Below are positions 1 to 8,376 of a DNA stretch of 45,334 bases, piece after piece. The notes beneath the pieces are model-generated. The model was not told the origin of the DNA, did not search any database, and was given only the letters and a program-made list of their open reading frames with translations. Positions within the stretch are counted from its first letter, which is position 1; every line of letters starts with the position of its first letter. The translations under genes and the position numbers were made by a program. The stretch is from Candidatus Dojkabacteria bacterium (GTDB lineage: Bacteria; Patescibacteriota; Dojkabacteria; J137): positions 1 through 45,334 of the forward strand of contig JBLGEO010000019.1 in assembly GCA_047445235.1 (NCBI GenBank), written 5' to 3'.

Positions 1-1
1 T

Positions 2-994
2 GAATTATTCATGGTCAAAAGCCAAGAAACAGATGATGTCTTCGTAATGAAACCAATGAACTGTCCACACCATATCCAAATTTACGCTTCTCAGAAAAGA
101 AGCTATAGAGACTTGCCAGTAAGATATTTTGAAACAACAACAAACTACAGAGACGAAAAAGCAGGAGAAATGCTTGGTCTATCTAGAGTTCGAGCGTTAA
201 CTCAAGACGATGCTCATATTTTCTGCAGAATGGATCAAATAGAGGAAGAGTTTACAATTATTATGAATATGATAAAAACTCTTTATGCAGCATTAGGTCT
301 AACTTTCAAAGCAAGACTTTCTTACAGAGATCCAGCACATCCAGAAAAATACCATGGAGATGATGCATCCTGGGAGGAAGCACAAAAAATTATTGAAGAT
401 ATTGCAAAGAAGTTAGATATTGATTACTTTATTGCTCCTGGAGAAGCTGCATTCTACGGACCAAAGATTGATATTATGGTTAGAGATTCATTAGGAAGGG
501 AATGGCAATGTGCAACAGAGCAACTAGATTTTGTTCAACCAAAAAGATTCGGTCTAGTTTATACAGATAAGGATGGTCAAGAAAAAATGCCTGTGATGAT
601 ACACAAAGCACTTCTAGGAACAGTTGAGAGATTTATGTCTGTTTATATAGAGCATACTGCAGGTAATTTCCCAGTATGGCTTTGCTATAACCAAGTTGCA
701 TTAATCCCAATTTCTAACGAAAAACATTTAGAATATATGGATAAAATGGCAGCAGAGCTAAAAAAGAAAGGAATTAGAGTAAAAGTTATGGATGAGAACG
801 AGACAATGGGAAATAAAATTAGAAAAGCTCAAGGAGAAAAAATTCCTTATATGATTGTTGCAGGAGATAAAGAAATTGAAAATGGAACTGTGAATGTTAG
901 ATTAAGAGGTGGTGAAAATGTTGGTGAAATGACTCTGGAAGCGTTTGCAGAGAGAGTGAAAGATAAATTGGATAATAAGAGTATGGATTTGTGA
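2..994 (+). CDS. thrS: threonine--tRNA ligase, C-terminal ~330 aa (5' end lies outside the window)
   Basis: The frame is open from base 2 to the TGA at 992-994; the track ORF 11..994 starts only at the first in-window ATG. The translation has class II aaRS core strings (KPMNCPHHIQIY, SYRDLPVRY, LSRVRALTQDDAHIFC). It also has a C-terminal anticodon-binding-type domain colinear with bacterial ThrRS. Confidence 0.93.
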   Translation, partial: ELFMVKSQETDDVFVMKPMNCPHHIQIYASQKRSYRDLPVRYFETTTNYRDEKAGEMLGLSRVRALTQDDAHIFCRMDQIEEEFTIIMNMIKTLYAALGLTFKARLSYRDPAHPEKYHGDDASWEEAQKIIEDIAKKLDIDYFIAPGEAAFYGPKIDIMVRDSLGREWQCATEQLDFVQPKRFGLVYTDKDGQEKMPVMIHKALLGTVERFMSVYIEHTAGNFPVWLCYNQVALIPISNEKHLEYMDKMAAELKKKGIRVKVMDENETMGNKIRKAQGEKIPYMIVAGDKEIENGTVNVRLRGGENVGEMTLEAFAERVKDKLDNKSMDL

Positions 995-1007
995 TAAAAA
1001 AGACCTG

Positions 1008-1027
1008 TCCCGCTTCGGCGGGATTTT
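1008..1027. terminator. bidirectional intrinsic terminator hairpin
   Basis: TCCCGC-TTCG-GCGGGA forms a 6-bp stem with a UUCG loop. An A-run (995-1001) lies upstream and TTTT (1024-1027) downstream. It sits between the convergent thrS stop (994) and the stop of the minus-strand ORF (1026-1028). Confidence 0.75.
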
Positions 1028-1469
1028 AAGCTGCGGTATCCACTGTAGCCTCATTAATAAGCGTTTCTGCTGCTTTATATATTTCAAATACTGTATATCT
1101 ATTCCTATCATCCTCATCCATCTCACTTCTTAGTTTCAGTGCCAATCTGAAATAATCTATTGGATCTAATCTATTTAATGGTATTGGCAAGTCTCGACTT
1201 ATCAATATCATCCTTAGCTCAAATGCTCTATTTTTAACTTCAGATAGATTTTCAGTTTTAGATTTACTGCCGAAGATCTCTCTTAGTTGATATTCTGAAA
1301 TTATCTCAGAGTTCATGGCATCCATTAACTTATAGCCATTGCGTTTGGCAAGTCTTAACTCTTCATCTGTTAGTAGTTCTATAGGAAATTTATATTTTTT
1401 TATAAAACTTTCAATGGCTAGTTCTTCAACACTAGGATCTGATTTTAAGTTCTCAATGAGAGGTTTCAC
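1026..1469 (-). CDS. hypothetical protein, 147 aa, soluble, acidic
   Basis: Clean ORF that ends at the shared terminator. No signal peptide or TM segment and no motif I recognise. Confidence 0.6.
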   Translation of the reverse strand: MKPLIENLKSDPSVEELAIESFIKKYKFPIELLTDEELRLAKRNGYKLMDAMNSEIISEYQLREIFGSKSKTENLSEVKNRAFELRMILISRDLPIPLNRLDPIDYFRLALKLRSEMDEDDRNRYTVFEIYKAAETLINEATVDTAA

Positions 1470-1571
1470 TTAAGTTATGTAATATTTATAGCTGAATTTT
1501 ACCTAAAACAATAACCTTTGTCATTTTCTTCATTATTTAGTATATTTATTACATCGAAAAGGTAATAAGCC

Positions 1572-1600
1572 TTGCATTTATTGGCATTTTGTTTTATCAT
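1572..1600 (+). promoter_or_regulatory. candidate sigma70-type promoter for rplU-rpmA
   Basis: TTGCAT (1572-1577), a 17-nt spacer, then TATCAT (1595-1600), about 28 nt upstream of the rplU ATG. Pattern match only. Confidence 0.35.
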
Positions 1601-1627
1601 TACAAGCTTGATTTTTAAGAAATAAAT

Positions 1628-1939
1628 ATGGCTAAGTTCGCGATAATTCAAATAGATGGTGCACAATATAACGTAGAAGAAGGAAAGACTTACGAAGTTC
1701 CTAAGTTCATTGCAGAAGCTGGAAAACCTTATAAGGTAACAGATGTGTTAGCGATGGGAGAAGGAAAAACTTTTGAGTTTGGAAAACCAATGCTAAAAGC
1801 TGAGGTAACTTTGGATGTTTTAGAGCAAAAGAACGGAGAAAAAGTAATTTCTCAAATTTTCAAAGCAAAATCAAGATATAGAAGAAAGAGAGGTTTTAGA
1901 AAAGAAGTAACTAAATTTGTAGTAAAAAGCATTAAATAA
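1628..1939 (+). CDS. rplU: 50S ribosomal protein L21
   Basis: MAKFAIIQIDGAQYNVEEGK... is the typical L21 N-terminus. The length (103 aa), the basic C-terminus and the position directly upstream of rpmA all fit. Confidence 0.93.
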   Translation: MAKFAIIQIDGAQYNVEEGKTYEVPKFIAEAGKPYKVTDVLAMGEGKTFEFGKPMLKAEVTLDVLEQKNGEKVISQIFKAKSRYRRKRGFRKEVTKFVVKSIK

Positions 1940-1961
1940 TTTATAACTTAAATTTTAAAAG

Positions 1962-2327
1962 ATGGCACACTCGGCGTCCGTTGGATCAGTAAAACGAACA
2001 GTAAATGTAATAGGAAAAAGACTTGGACTAAAGAAATTTGGTGGAGAGCACGTAAAGCCAGGCGATATTATCTTAAGACAGAGAGGTTCTCAGTTTTATC
2101 CAGGAAAAAACGTAGCTGAAGGAAGAGATTTTACAATCTTTGCTATAACTGAAGGATTTGTTTCTTTTAGAAGAATGAGTGGGTACAAAAGAACTAAGAA
2201 ATACGTTGATGTTGTTTCTTCAGTTGTTGAAGTAAAGGAAGTTTTAAAAACTCCAGCCGCTTCAAAGGCAAAAGTAGCTGCTAAGAAACCTGCAACAAAG
2301 AAAATTACTGCAAAGAAATCAGAGTAA
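1962..2327 (+). CDS. rpmA: 50S ribosomal protein L27 with a Lys/Ala-rich C-terminal extension
   Basis: The core GKRLGLKKFGGEHVKPGDIILRQRGSQFYPGKNVAEGRDFTIFA is colinear with bacterial L27. It is 121 aa against the usual ~85-95 aa. The tail is PAASKAKVAAKKPATKKITAKKSE. Confidence 0.93.
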   Translation: MAHSASVGSVKRTVNVIGKRLGLKKFGGEHVKPGDIILRQRGSQFYPGKNVAEGRDFTIFAITEGFVSFRRMSGYKRTKKYVDVVSSVVEVKEVLKTPAASKAKVAAKKPATKKITAKKSE

Positions 2328-2351
2328 CTAAAATCAAAGAAAATTTTTAAA

Positions 2352-2372
2352 AGACCCGAAAGGGTCTTTTTT
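2352..2372 (+). terminator. intrinsic terminator after rpmA
   Basis: AGACCC-GAAA-GGGTCT hairpin followed by TTTTTT. Confidence 0.85.
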
Positions 2373-2896
2373 GTTCCAGATGTCAGTGACTAATGGTAAA
2401 AATTTTATACTATCATATCTATTACTCTATGTAGGTATCCTTAATTTGTAATCTTATAATAATTATTATGATACGTAAAGATATTCCAATAAAACACTAA
2501 CTACTATAGATATTTCGTTGTCTAATAAATTTTGACAGTAATAACTTCCATATTTCTGACATCTTATGATATCTATTTGATATTTTAATCGTAGAAAACT
2601 TTTATACTCAAAATTTGTACATTAATAGTTAAAAGTACTTCTAAGTAAGCAGATTTTTAATAAATAATGATAGTTAACCTATATCGAAGTTTAATTGACT
2701 AGCAATAGTTTCGAGCTCTGATGCCAGAAAATAGTTTTTAAATATTCTTTATGCCTAATCTAGGTTGTAAGGAACTTGAGTATAACTTTGAATTGCCAAT
2801 GGTGAATATCAACGTTTTGACTTCTCCACACTCAAACTATAATATCAAAGTGACATTGTAGCGGTAACAACTTATCTTATTTATTAGTAAAGATGT

Positions 2897-3226
2897 ATGA
2901 ATTATTTACAAGATACAATCCCGGATCCACTTTTAGCAACTACACAAAGATTAGAAAAGGTTGCAAATAGCATTCCAATGAAGCAAAAAAATTTGTACGA
3001 ACCAGATGCAACTGCTTTAGACAGAAATTTAAGACTAGCTATAGCCAAAGCTGCTGAGAATGGAATAATTACACATATAGATGAAGAGTTTTACTTAAAT
3101 AGACTTAGAATGGTTACTTGCAAGAGAGAATTAAAGGAACTTGTAGGCGAGTTCACTGGTATTACTAATATTGATGAAATGAGTACTGGGATGTTAGTTC
3201 GTGCATTGGATGGTGTTGAAATGTAA
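2897..3226 (+). CDS. hypothetical protein, 109 aa
   Basis: Isolated ORF that follows a ~520-nt ORF-free spacer and has its own terminator. No recognisable motif. Confidence 0.55.
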   Translation: MNYLQDTIPDPLLATTQRLEKVANSIPMKQKNLYEPDATALDRNLRLAIAKAAENGIITHIDEEFYLNRLRMVTCKRELKELVGEFTGITNIDEMSTGMLVRALDGVEM

Positions 3227-3249
3227 ATTCATAATAACTTCAAAAAAGG

Positions 3250-3267
3250 GCTCTGCGAAAGCAGAGC
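3250..3267 (+). terminator. stem-loop, probable terminator
   Basis: GCTCTGC-GAAA-GCAGAGC forms a 7-bp stem with a GNRA loop. The downstream tract (TTCCTTATTC) is only moderately T-rich. Confidence 0.6.
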
Positions 3268-3309
3268 TTCCTTATTCAAATCTCATCACAGTAATGATAG
3301 ACTGGTTGA

Positions 3310-4695
3310 ATGAATGTACTAGAAAGAATCAAAAGTATTTCAACATATAAGCAGAGCTCGTTACTTCGTGATAATCAGCACTTTATTATTGCATCAGTAC
3401 TTATAATAATTTCTCTACTAATTTTCTTCCCTAGTTTCTATACTACAACTGACGAGCACGATTACATTGAAAATTCATATCTAATTGGACAAGGAAGACT
3501 AGTTAAAGAGGATAAGCAGTGTTTTGATGGTGCAAGCTGTGGATACTTCAATGGAAGCGGCTATATTTCTAAATACAACCCGGGATTATCATTAATACTA
3601 TTGCCCTTTGTTGCAATAGATTGGAGAATATCATTTTTTATTTCAGTTGTAGTATTTATACTTGCACTTTATATTTTTAAAAGACTTCTAGAAAAAAGGT
3701 CAGTTAGAGCAGAATTTATATATCTTTTTGCTTTTTTCCCGGTATTTGTTTACTACTCCAGAAAAGTAATGACAGAAGTCTATACCCTAACGTTAATCAT
3801 GCTAATTTTCTACCTACTTTTCGAAAAGTCAGAAGGAAGAACAAAGTTAAGGCAAATAATTTATAACTATAGATTTGTTCTTGTAGGAGCACTTTCTGGA
3901 ATAACAGTTCTTATTAAATACACAAATATCTTATTTATTGCACCAATATTAATTTATTGGGCAGTTATCTACTTTAAGCCTAAAATTATTGGTAACGTTG
4001 GTGAAAGTATTTTCTTAGGAACAGAAACACTCAAGGTCTGTGCAATGAGGTGGCTAAAAGACGTAATTAGGTTATTAGTTGGAGCAGTACCTTTTTTAGT
4101 AATATTCCTAGTATTTAATTATGCTTTCTATGGTTCTCCATTGCGATCTGGTTATTACTTTTCGAAAGAAGAACTATTAATAGTGCCTTCTTTAATAATC
4201 CCGCAAGGGATAAAGTACCTTGTAATACTTCTCTCAATCTATCCTGGTTTACTATTTGTTGGATTCTTTGCAAAGTACAAACACAGATTTTTAATTATGG
4301 GCACTCTGTTTTTATCTATATTATTTTTCGTAGGATTTCCGGGCTATGCTTTCAATTCAGGGATCTTAGATTTTATTGTCGGCATTAGATTCTTAATTCC
4401 AATTTTAGGATTAGTATTGCTGGTTTATTCCGAAGCACTAGACAGGCTTCTAAATAAAATCAAATACAAGGGATTAGTTAATGTAGTTTTCGCAGTAGTT
4501 GTAATAGTATTGATTGCAAATATGTTTGTAATGACATATATTTTTAATGGTAGAGTAAAAGAACTCGCTAGTAAGTCTGCAGAAATTTATAAAACTGTAG
4601 AAGAAGATGGAAACTACTATACTAAGGACATTGAAGAAAGGAAGCTTATAAACGAAGCATTTAAACAAGGAAAACGATGGTTATTTATAAATTAA
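3310..4695 (+). CDS. polytopic membrane protein, GT-C fold glycosyltransferase-like (family 39 / ArnT-PMT type)
   Basis: It has at least 10 hydrophobic segments, an acidic DE pair in the first loop (YTTTDEHDY), and 461 aa. The family call is by architecture only. Confidence 0.5.
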   Translation: MNVLERIKSISTYKQSSLLRDNQHFIIASVLIIISLLIFFPSFYTTTDEHDYIENSYLIGQGRLVKEDKQCFDGASCGYFNGSGYISKYNPGLSLILLPFVAIDWRISFFISVVVFILALYIFKRLLEKRSVRAEFIYLFAFFPVFVYYSRKVMTEVYTLTLIMLIFYLLFEKSEGRTKLRQIIYNYRFVLVGALSGITVLIKYTNILFIAPILIYWAVIYFKPKIIGNVGESIFLGTETLKVCAMRWLKDVIRLLVGAVPFLVIFLVFNYAFYGSPLRSGYYFSKEELLIVPSLIIPQGIKYLVILLSIYPGLLFVGFFAKYKHRFLIMGTLFLSILFFVGFPGYAFNSGILDFIVGIRFLIPILGLVLLVYSEALDRLLNKIKYKGLVNVVFAVVVIVLIANMFVMTYIFNGRVKELASKSAEIYKTVEEDGNYYTKDIEERKLINEAFKQGKRWLFIN

Positions 4696-4698
4696 ACT

Positions 4699-5808
4699 AT
4701 GGAACCGCATCCAGTACCACAAAATATATTAGACGTTGAGTTTAAGCTTTTTGGTGCTTTTACACTTAAGCAATTTGGTAAAATACTTGCAGGAGCGCTT
4801 ATTGGTGTTGGACTTTTTCTTGTTAATATTAATGTCTTTATAAAGATACCATTAGTACTTATCTCTGTTTTTACAGGAATACTTTTAGCTATTATTCCTA
4901 ATTTTGGAGTTTGGTTAAGTGGTTTTCTAAAGGCTTTATTTATATCACCTAGATATGTTTGGGAGAAGAAAACACAAACCCCAGAAATTCTTAGTACACA
5001 GCGTGTTGTAGTGGACCCAGAAAAAGATAGAAATATTTCATCTTCTTTAAGTAAAAAAAGACTTGATATAAGTGAACTTCCACTTGATAAGCTTTTTGGT
5101 ACACAGGCAGAGCAGAAAAAGGAAATAGTAGAGGACAAATTTGAGAGTCCTGACGGAGAGAATTTAAACGATATCTATAGTGATGTATTTGGTGTAACAA
5201 CAACTGCTGTTAAGAATCCAAGTAATGCAGCGGCTCCAATTCAGCAAAAAATTGAAGCTTCTAAACCTAAAATGGCTATGGCAACTCAGCAAGAACAACC
5301 TACACAGGAAGTTAAAATGATAGGGCAGCCAAAATTTACAACTGTAGAGCAGTATCAAGCAGAGATAAATAGACTTAAATACGAATTATCAATACTTACA
5401 AAAGATCAAAACTATAAGGAAAAAGAAGAAGAAATAATGAGTAAGATAAATGATTTGTATACCGAAATTAAACTTCTTAATGGCGGCAAATTTTCTCCTA
5501 AAGAAAAAACTGCTTCACTCCCAAGAGTTGGGGTTATGCAGTCAGGCCTAACAGGTCAGGTTATATTTGGAATTGTGGTGGATAAATCTGATGCTCCTTT
5601 AGGCAGTGTTAATATAAAATTTGTAAACGACGCGAAAAAACAGGTATTTACAACATCTTCTGGTAAAGATGGCAAATTTTCGACTGTAAAACCTATTCCA
5701 CCAGGAAGCTATGCAGTATTTTTAGAATATCCTGAAAAGATATTCCATGCTTATAATATTGAAGTTTCTAACAAGAATCTGCCTGCTTACAAATTGAAGG
5801 AAAAATAA
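4699..5808 (+). CDS. PrgI-family (VirB3-like) membrane protein with a Q/E/K-rich coiled region and a C-terminal carboxypeptidase-regulatory-like beta-sandwich
   Basis: The N-terminus VPQNILDVEFKLFGAFTLKQFGKILAG plus two TM helices is the PrgI-family signature as I remember it. The C-terminus GQVIFGIVVDKSDAPLGSVNIKFVND..TTSSGKDGKFS..PPGSYAV fits the CarboxypepD_reg pattern. The gene starts 3 nt after the upstream stop. Confidence 0.55.
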   Translation: MEPHPVPQNILDVEFKLFGAFTLKQFGKILAGALIGVGLFLVNINVFIKIPLVLISVFTGILLAIIPNFGVWLSGFLKALFISPRYVWEKKTQTPEILSTQRVVVDPEKDRNISSSLSKKRLDISELPLDKLFGTQAEQKKEIVEDKFESPDGENLNDIYSDVFGVTTTAVKNPSNAAAPIQQKIEASKPKMAMATQQEQPTQEVKMIGQPKFTTVEQYQAEINRLKYELSILTKDQNYKEKEEEIMSKINDLYTEIKLLNGGKFSPKEKTASLPRVGVMQSGLTGQVIFGIVVDKSDAPLGSVNIKFVNDAKKQVFTTSSGKDGKFSTVKPIPPGSYAVFLEYPEKIFHAYNIEVSNKNLPAYKLKEK

Positions 5809-5895
5809 ATCTCCAAACTCCTTTACTAAACGACATTTACTTCTAGAATATTCTCCTTATTTGTATTATAATTTCGACACTTATGTGTTCACACT

Positions 5896-5913
5896 TGCCG
5901 GGGTGGTGAAATG
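5896..5913 (+). repeat. orphan copy of the first 17 nt of tRNA-Leu (plus 1 flanking T)
   Basis: TGCCGGGGTGGTGAAATG at 5896-5913 is identical to 5993-6010. The similarity stops abruptly after the D-loop start. Confidence 0.9.
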
Positions 5914-5993
5914 CATTATGATTCTTATTGAGAACAAGTGAAGTGAAGTTCGAAATAAAGAAGAATGATACAAAGGACACAAAAGTCAACAAT

Positions 5994-6077
5994 GCCGGGG
6001 TGGTGAAATGGTATACACGGCGGACTTAAAATCCGTTCCTCGTTAAGAGGGTGAGGGTTCGACTCCCTCCCTCGGTA
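5994..6077 (+). tRNA. tRNA-Leu (anticodon UAA), type II with long variable arm, CCA not encoded
   Basis: I folded it by hand. Acceptor GCCGGGG/CCTCGGT (two G.U pairs). Anticodon stem GCGGA/TCCGT with loop CTTAAAA, anticodon TAA at 6027-6029. Long variable arm TCCTCGTTAAGAGGGT. T arm GAGGG-TTCGACT-CCCTC. Discriminator A. Confidence 0.9.
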
Positions 6078-6107
6078 TGTAAGTTTTTTAATTCTTTCTT
6101 AACCACT

Positions 6108-6341
6108 ATGAGTATTACAGATATCCTTAAGTATGTTCTTGCGTTAGACGCGGTTGGTTTAGTAATTTCAATTCTACTTCAAAACAGAAGTGGTGGTTTA
6201 GGCACTGTATTCGGAGGAATGAGTGGAGGAGAGTTTTACAGATCTCGAAGAGGTTTGGAAGCAGTTCTATACAATGCTACAATTATATTAGGTATATTAT
6301 TTGTAGTAATTGCTTTAGCTATTGCAGTAATTAATGTTTAA
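6108..6341 (+). CDS. secG: preprotein translocase subunit SecG
   Basis: MSITDILKYVL..LLQNRSGGLGTVFGGMSGGEFYRSRRGLE.. plus a second TM helix fits SecG. I placed the start at ATG 6108 because the track ORF start at 6051 lies inside the tRNA. Confidence 0.8.
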   Translation: MSITDILKYVLALDAVGLVISILLQNRSGGLGTVFGGMSGGEFYRSRRGLEAVLYNATIILGILFVVIALAIAVINV

Positions 6342-8376
6342 TCCACTAAGCAGAATAGAAAAAAAGTTTTACGAGATTCGTGAATTTTTTTGGAACTATC
6401 CAGATTATCTAATTGGACCAGGTTCCTTATCTGCACGATTTAGTGTACTTTATCGATCTTCAATACCATATTCTCATTTTATATTCGCAGGTGTTTGTGT
6501 ACTTTTAATATTTTTTTCATCTTTTGTTGTAGATCTTAAGGCACTTATAAAAATTACAGATACTACTTTAATCGAAGGTGTTGTAATGGGAGTAGATGAC
6601 AGTGGAAATATTCAAAAATTAACTAAGGTAAATCCAATTATTCCTTCAAATGTTCAGATTGAAAGAGACTTATCTGAGTTAATTTACGAGCCTTTAATAA
6701 GATATGAATATAAGCAGAATGGAACTGACAAATGGGATGTAACAATTGAGGATGTTCTTGCAGAAAGTGTAATTAAAATTAGAGAAGGAGCTGACTACCA
6801 ATTCAACTTAAGAAAAAATGTTCTATGGCACGATGGAAATCAATTTACAGCAGATGACGTTATTAGAACCTTTGATATTGTTTCTGGTATAGAAAATCGA
6901 AATGAGGCTTATATTAGGGCTATAAAACAATTAAGATGGGAAAAGATAGACGATTTTACAGTTAGAGTTTGTACAAAGGGTTCTGACGATGCAAATAATT
7001 GTAATCAGACAAAGGATAATCCAATCCTTTCTAACTTTTTAGAATTAATTAGTATAAAAATAATTCCTGCCGCTCACTCCAAAGATATAAATTCACAAAA
7101 TATAGATAGCTCTTCACCTGATTTATTTAGAACTCCAGTCGGAACTGGTAAATATAAGTTCTATAGGGTTGATGCTCAATCTGTAAAAATTGTAAGAAAC
7201 GATAAATATTATGGAGAAACAACTGAGTTAAAGGAACCTGGTTTAGATCCATCCGTTGCAGCTAATTACAAGACGGTAAAGATACTTCCAAAGATACAGT
7301 CTATTGAATTCAAGTTTTTTAGAAATCTGGAAGATGCGATTAAAGGTCTACAAAATGGTACAGTTCATACACTCGCAACTATTTCAACAGAGGATAAACA
7401 AACTTTAAATGATTACCCTCAGATAGAAACAAAGTTAAGTCCATTTCTAGTAAATCAATACTGGTCTATGTACTTTAACCTTAGAAAAGATCCAAACGGA
7501 AAGACATTGGGAGCTGACTTTTTTCAAGATGTAAATGTTAGAACTGCAATTTCTGAAGCAGTAAATAGAGATGATTTAATTAAAAACGCACTTCAGGGCA
7601 TTGGACAAGAAGCAATGGGACCAATACCAAATGTTTCTGAGTACTTTAATCCTACTGCAGGCTGGAAAATTTACAATCCAGATGATGCAAGAAAGTTGCT
7701 TGATGCTGCAGGTTGGACAATAAAGAGCAATGCTACGTTTAGAACGAATGCTGACGGAAGAGAAATGAGCTTTTCGCTTTATTATGTAAATAGTTACGAT
7801 AGAATAAATGTTGCTAAATTTATTGAGAGAGATCTAGAAGCTGTTGGAATAAAAGTCCTAATTAATAGAACAGAGCAGCCTGGGCAAGATACATCACCTG
7901 ATGCACCGAATGGTTGGAGTCTTTCTGAGATTAATAATCAGTTCTTATCACCAAGGTTATTTGATGCAATTCTTTATGGAATAAACACATTTATAGATCC
8001 AGACAGATACGAACTATTTTATAGCTCTCAAGAAAAAACTGGTCTTAATATCTCAGGATATGTTGGTACTGCGCAAACAGTTAGACCAAAACCAGCAAGT
8101 GAAAGGAAAGAAGGTGAGAGTTCACTAGTAACTTTACCAAAGGTAGATGCTTTACTAGACGAGACAAGAAGGCTAGACCCAGATACAGAAAAAGATAAGA
8201 GAAAAATAAACTATGACACAATCCAAGAACTTATTGCACAGGATGTGCCAGAAGTATTCTTATACAACCCACAATTTGTATATTACGTAAACTCCAGAGT
8301 TAAGGGAGTCGATTTAACTAATGTTTCTAGTCTAGAGACAAGATTTAGAAATATTGAGAATTTCGAGGTAGATTAA
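6334..8376 (+). CDS. membrane-anchored solute-binding protein, ABC family 5 (peptide/nickel type)
   Basis: An N-terminal TM anchor is followed by a ~600-aa domain with an SBP_bac_5-like pattern (ERDLSELIYEPLIRY; GTGKYKFYRV). No cognate permease or ATPase is adjacent. It overlaps the end of secG by 8 nt. Confidence 0.65.
   Translation: MFNPLSRIEKKFYEIREFFWNYPDYLIGPGSLSARFSVLYRSSIPYSHFIFAGVCVLLIFFSSFVVDLKALIKITDTTLIEGVVMGVDDSGNIQKLTKVNPIIPSNVQIERDLSELIYEPLIRYEYKQNGTDKWDVTIEDVLAESVIKIREGADYQFNLRKNVLWHDGNQFTADDVIRTFDIVSGIENRNEAYIRAIKQLRWEKIDDFTVRVCTKGSDDANNCNQTKDNPILSNFLELISIKIIPAAHSKDINSQNIDSSSPDLFRTPVGTGKYKFYRVDAQSVKIVRNDKYYGETTELKEPGLDPSVAANYKTVKILPKIQSIEFKFFRNLEDAIKGLQNGTVHTLATISTEDKQTLNDYPQIETKLSPFLVNQYWSMYFNLRKDPNGKTLGADFFQDVNVRTAISEAVNRDDLIKNALQGIGQEAMGPIPNVSEYFNPTAGWKIYNPDDARKLLDAAGWTIKSNATFRTNADGREMSFSLYYVNSYDRINVAKFIERDLEAVGIKVLINRTEQPGQDTSPDAPNGWSLSEINNQFLSPRLFDAILYGINTFIDPDRYELFYSSQEKTGLNISGYVGTAQTVRPKPASERKEGESSLVTLPKVDALLDETRRLDPDTEKDKRKINYDTIQELIAQDVPEVFLYNPQFVYYVNSRVKGVDLTNVSSLETRFRNIENFEVD

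Noticed and set aside
4692-5138. 148-aa minus-strand ORF. Similar antisense ORFs in the track include 902..1126, 4474..4668, 4991..5203, 5164..5358, 8662..8853, 9313..9522, 9682..9984, 11271..11483, 12843..13130, 14318..14503, 14528..14737, 15356..15589, 15480..15689, 16717..16908, 18054..18290, 18385..18627, 20285..20485, 20644..20829, 23356..23667, 24152..24370, 24237..24470, 25962..26147, 30323..30520, 30674..30943, 32121..32351, 32817..32999, 34440..34637, 34812..35144, 38611..38796, 39404..39586, 40023..40286, 40763..40969, 42517..42702 and 42779..43114.
   Set aside because: Each lies wholly or largely inside a longer ORF with a recognisable product or clear membrane/secreted-protein features. 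Their translations are low-complexity Ser/Leu/Phe/Cys-rich strings typical of antisense frames in AT-rich DNA.
6051-6107. 5' extension of the secG ORF (MRVRLPPSVCKFFNSFLTT...) given by the six-frame track.
   Set aside because: The extension overlaps the T arm and acceptor stem of tRNA-Leu (5994-6077). The SecG-like sequence begins at the internal ATG 6108.
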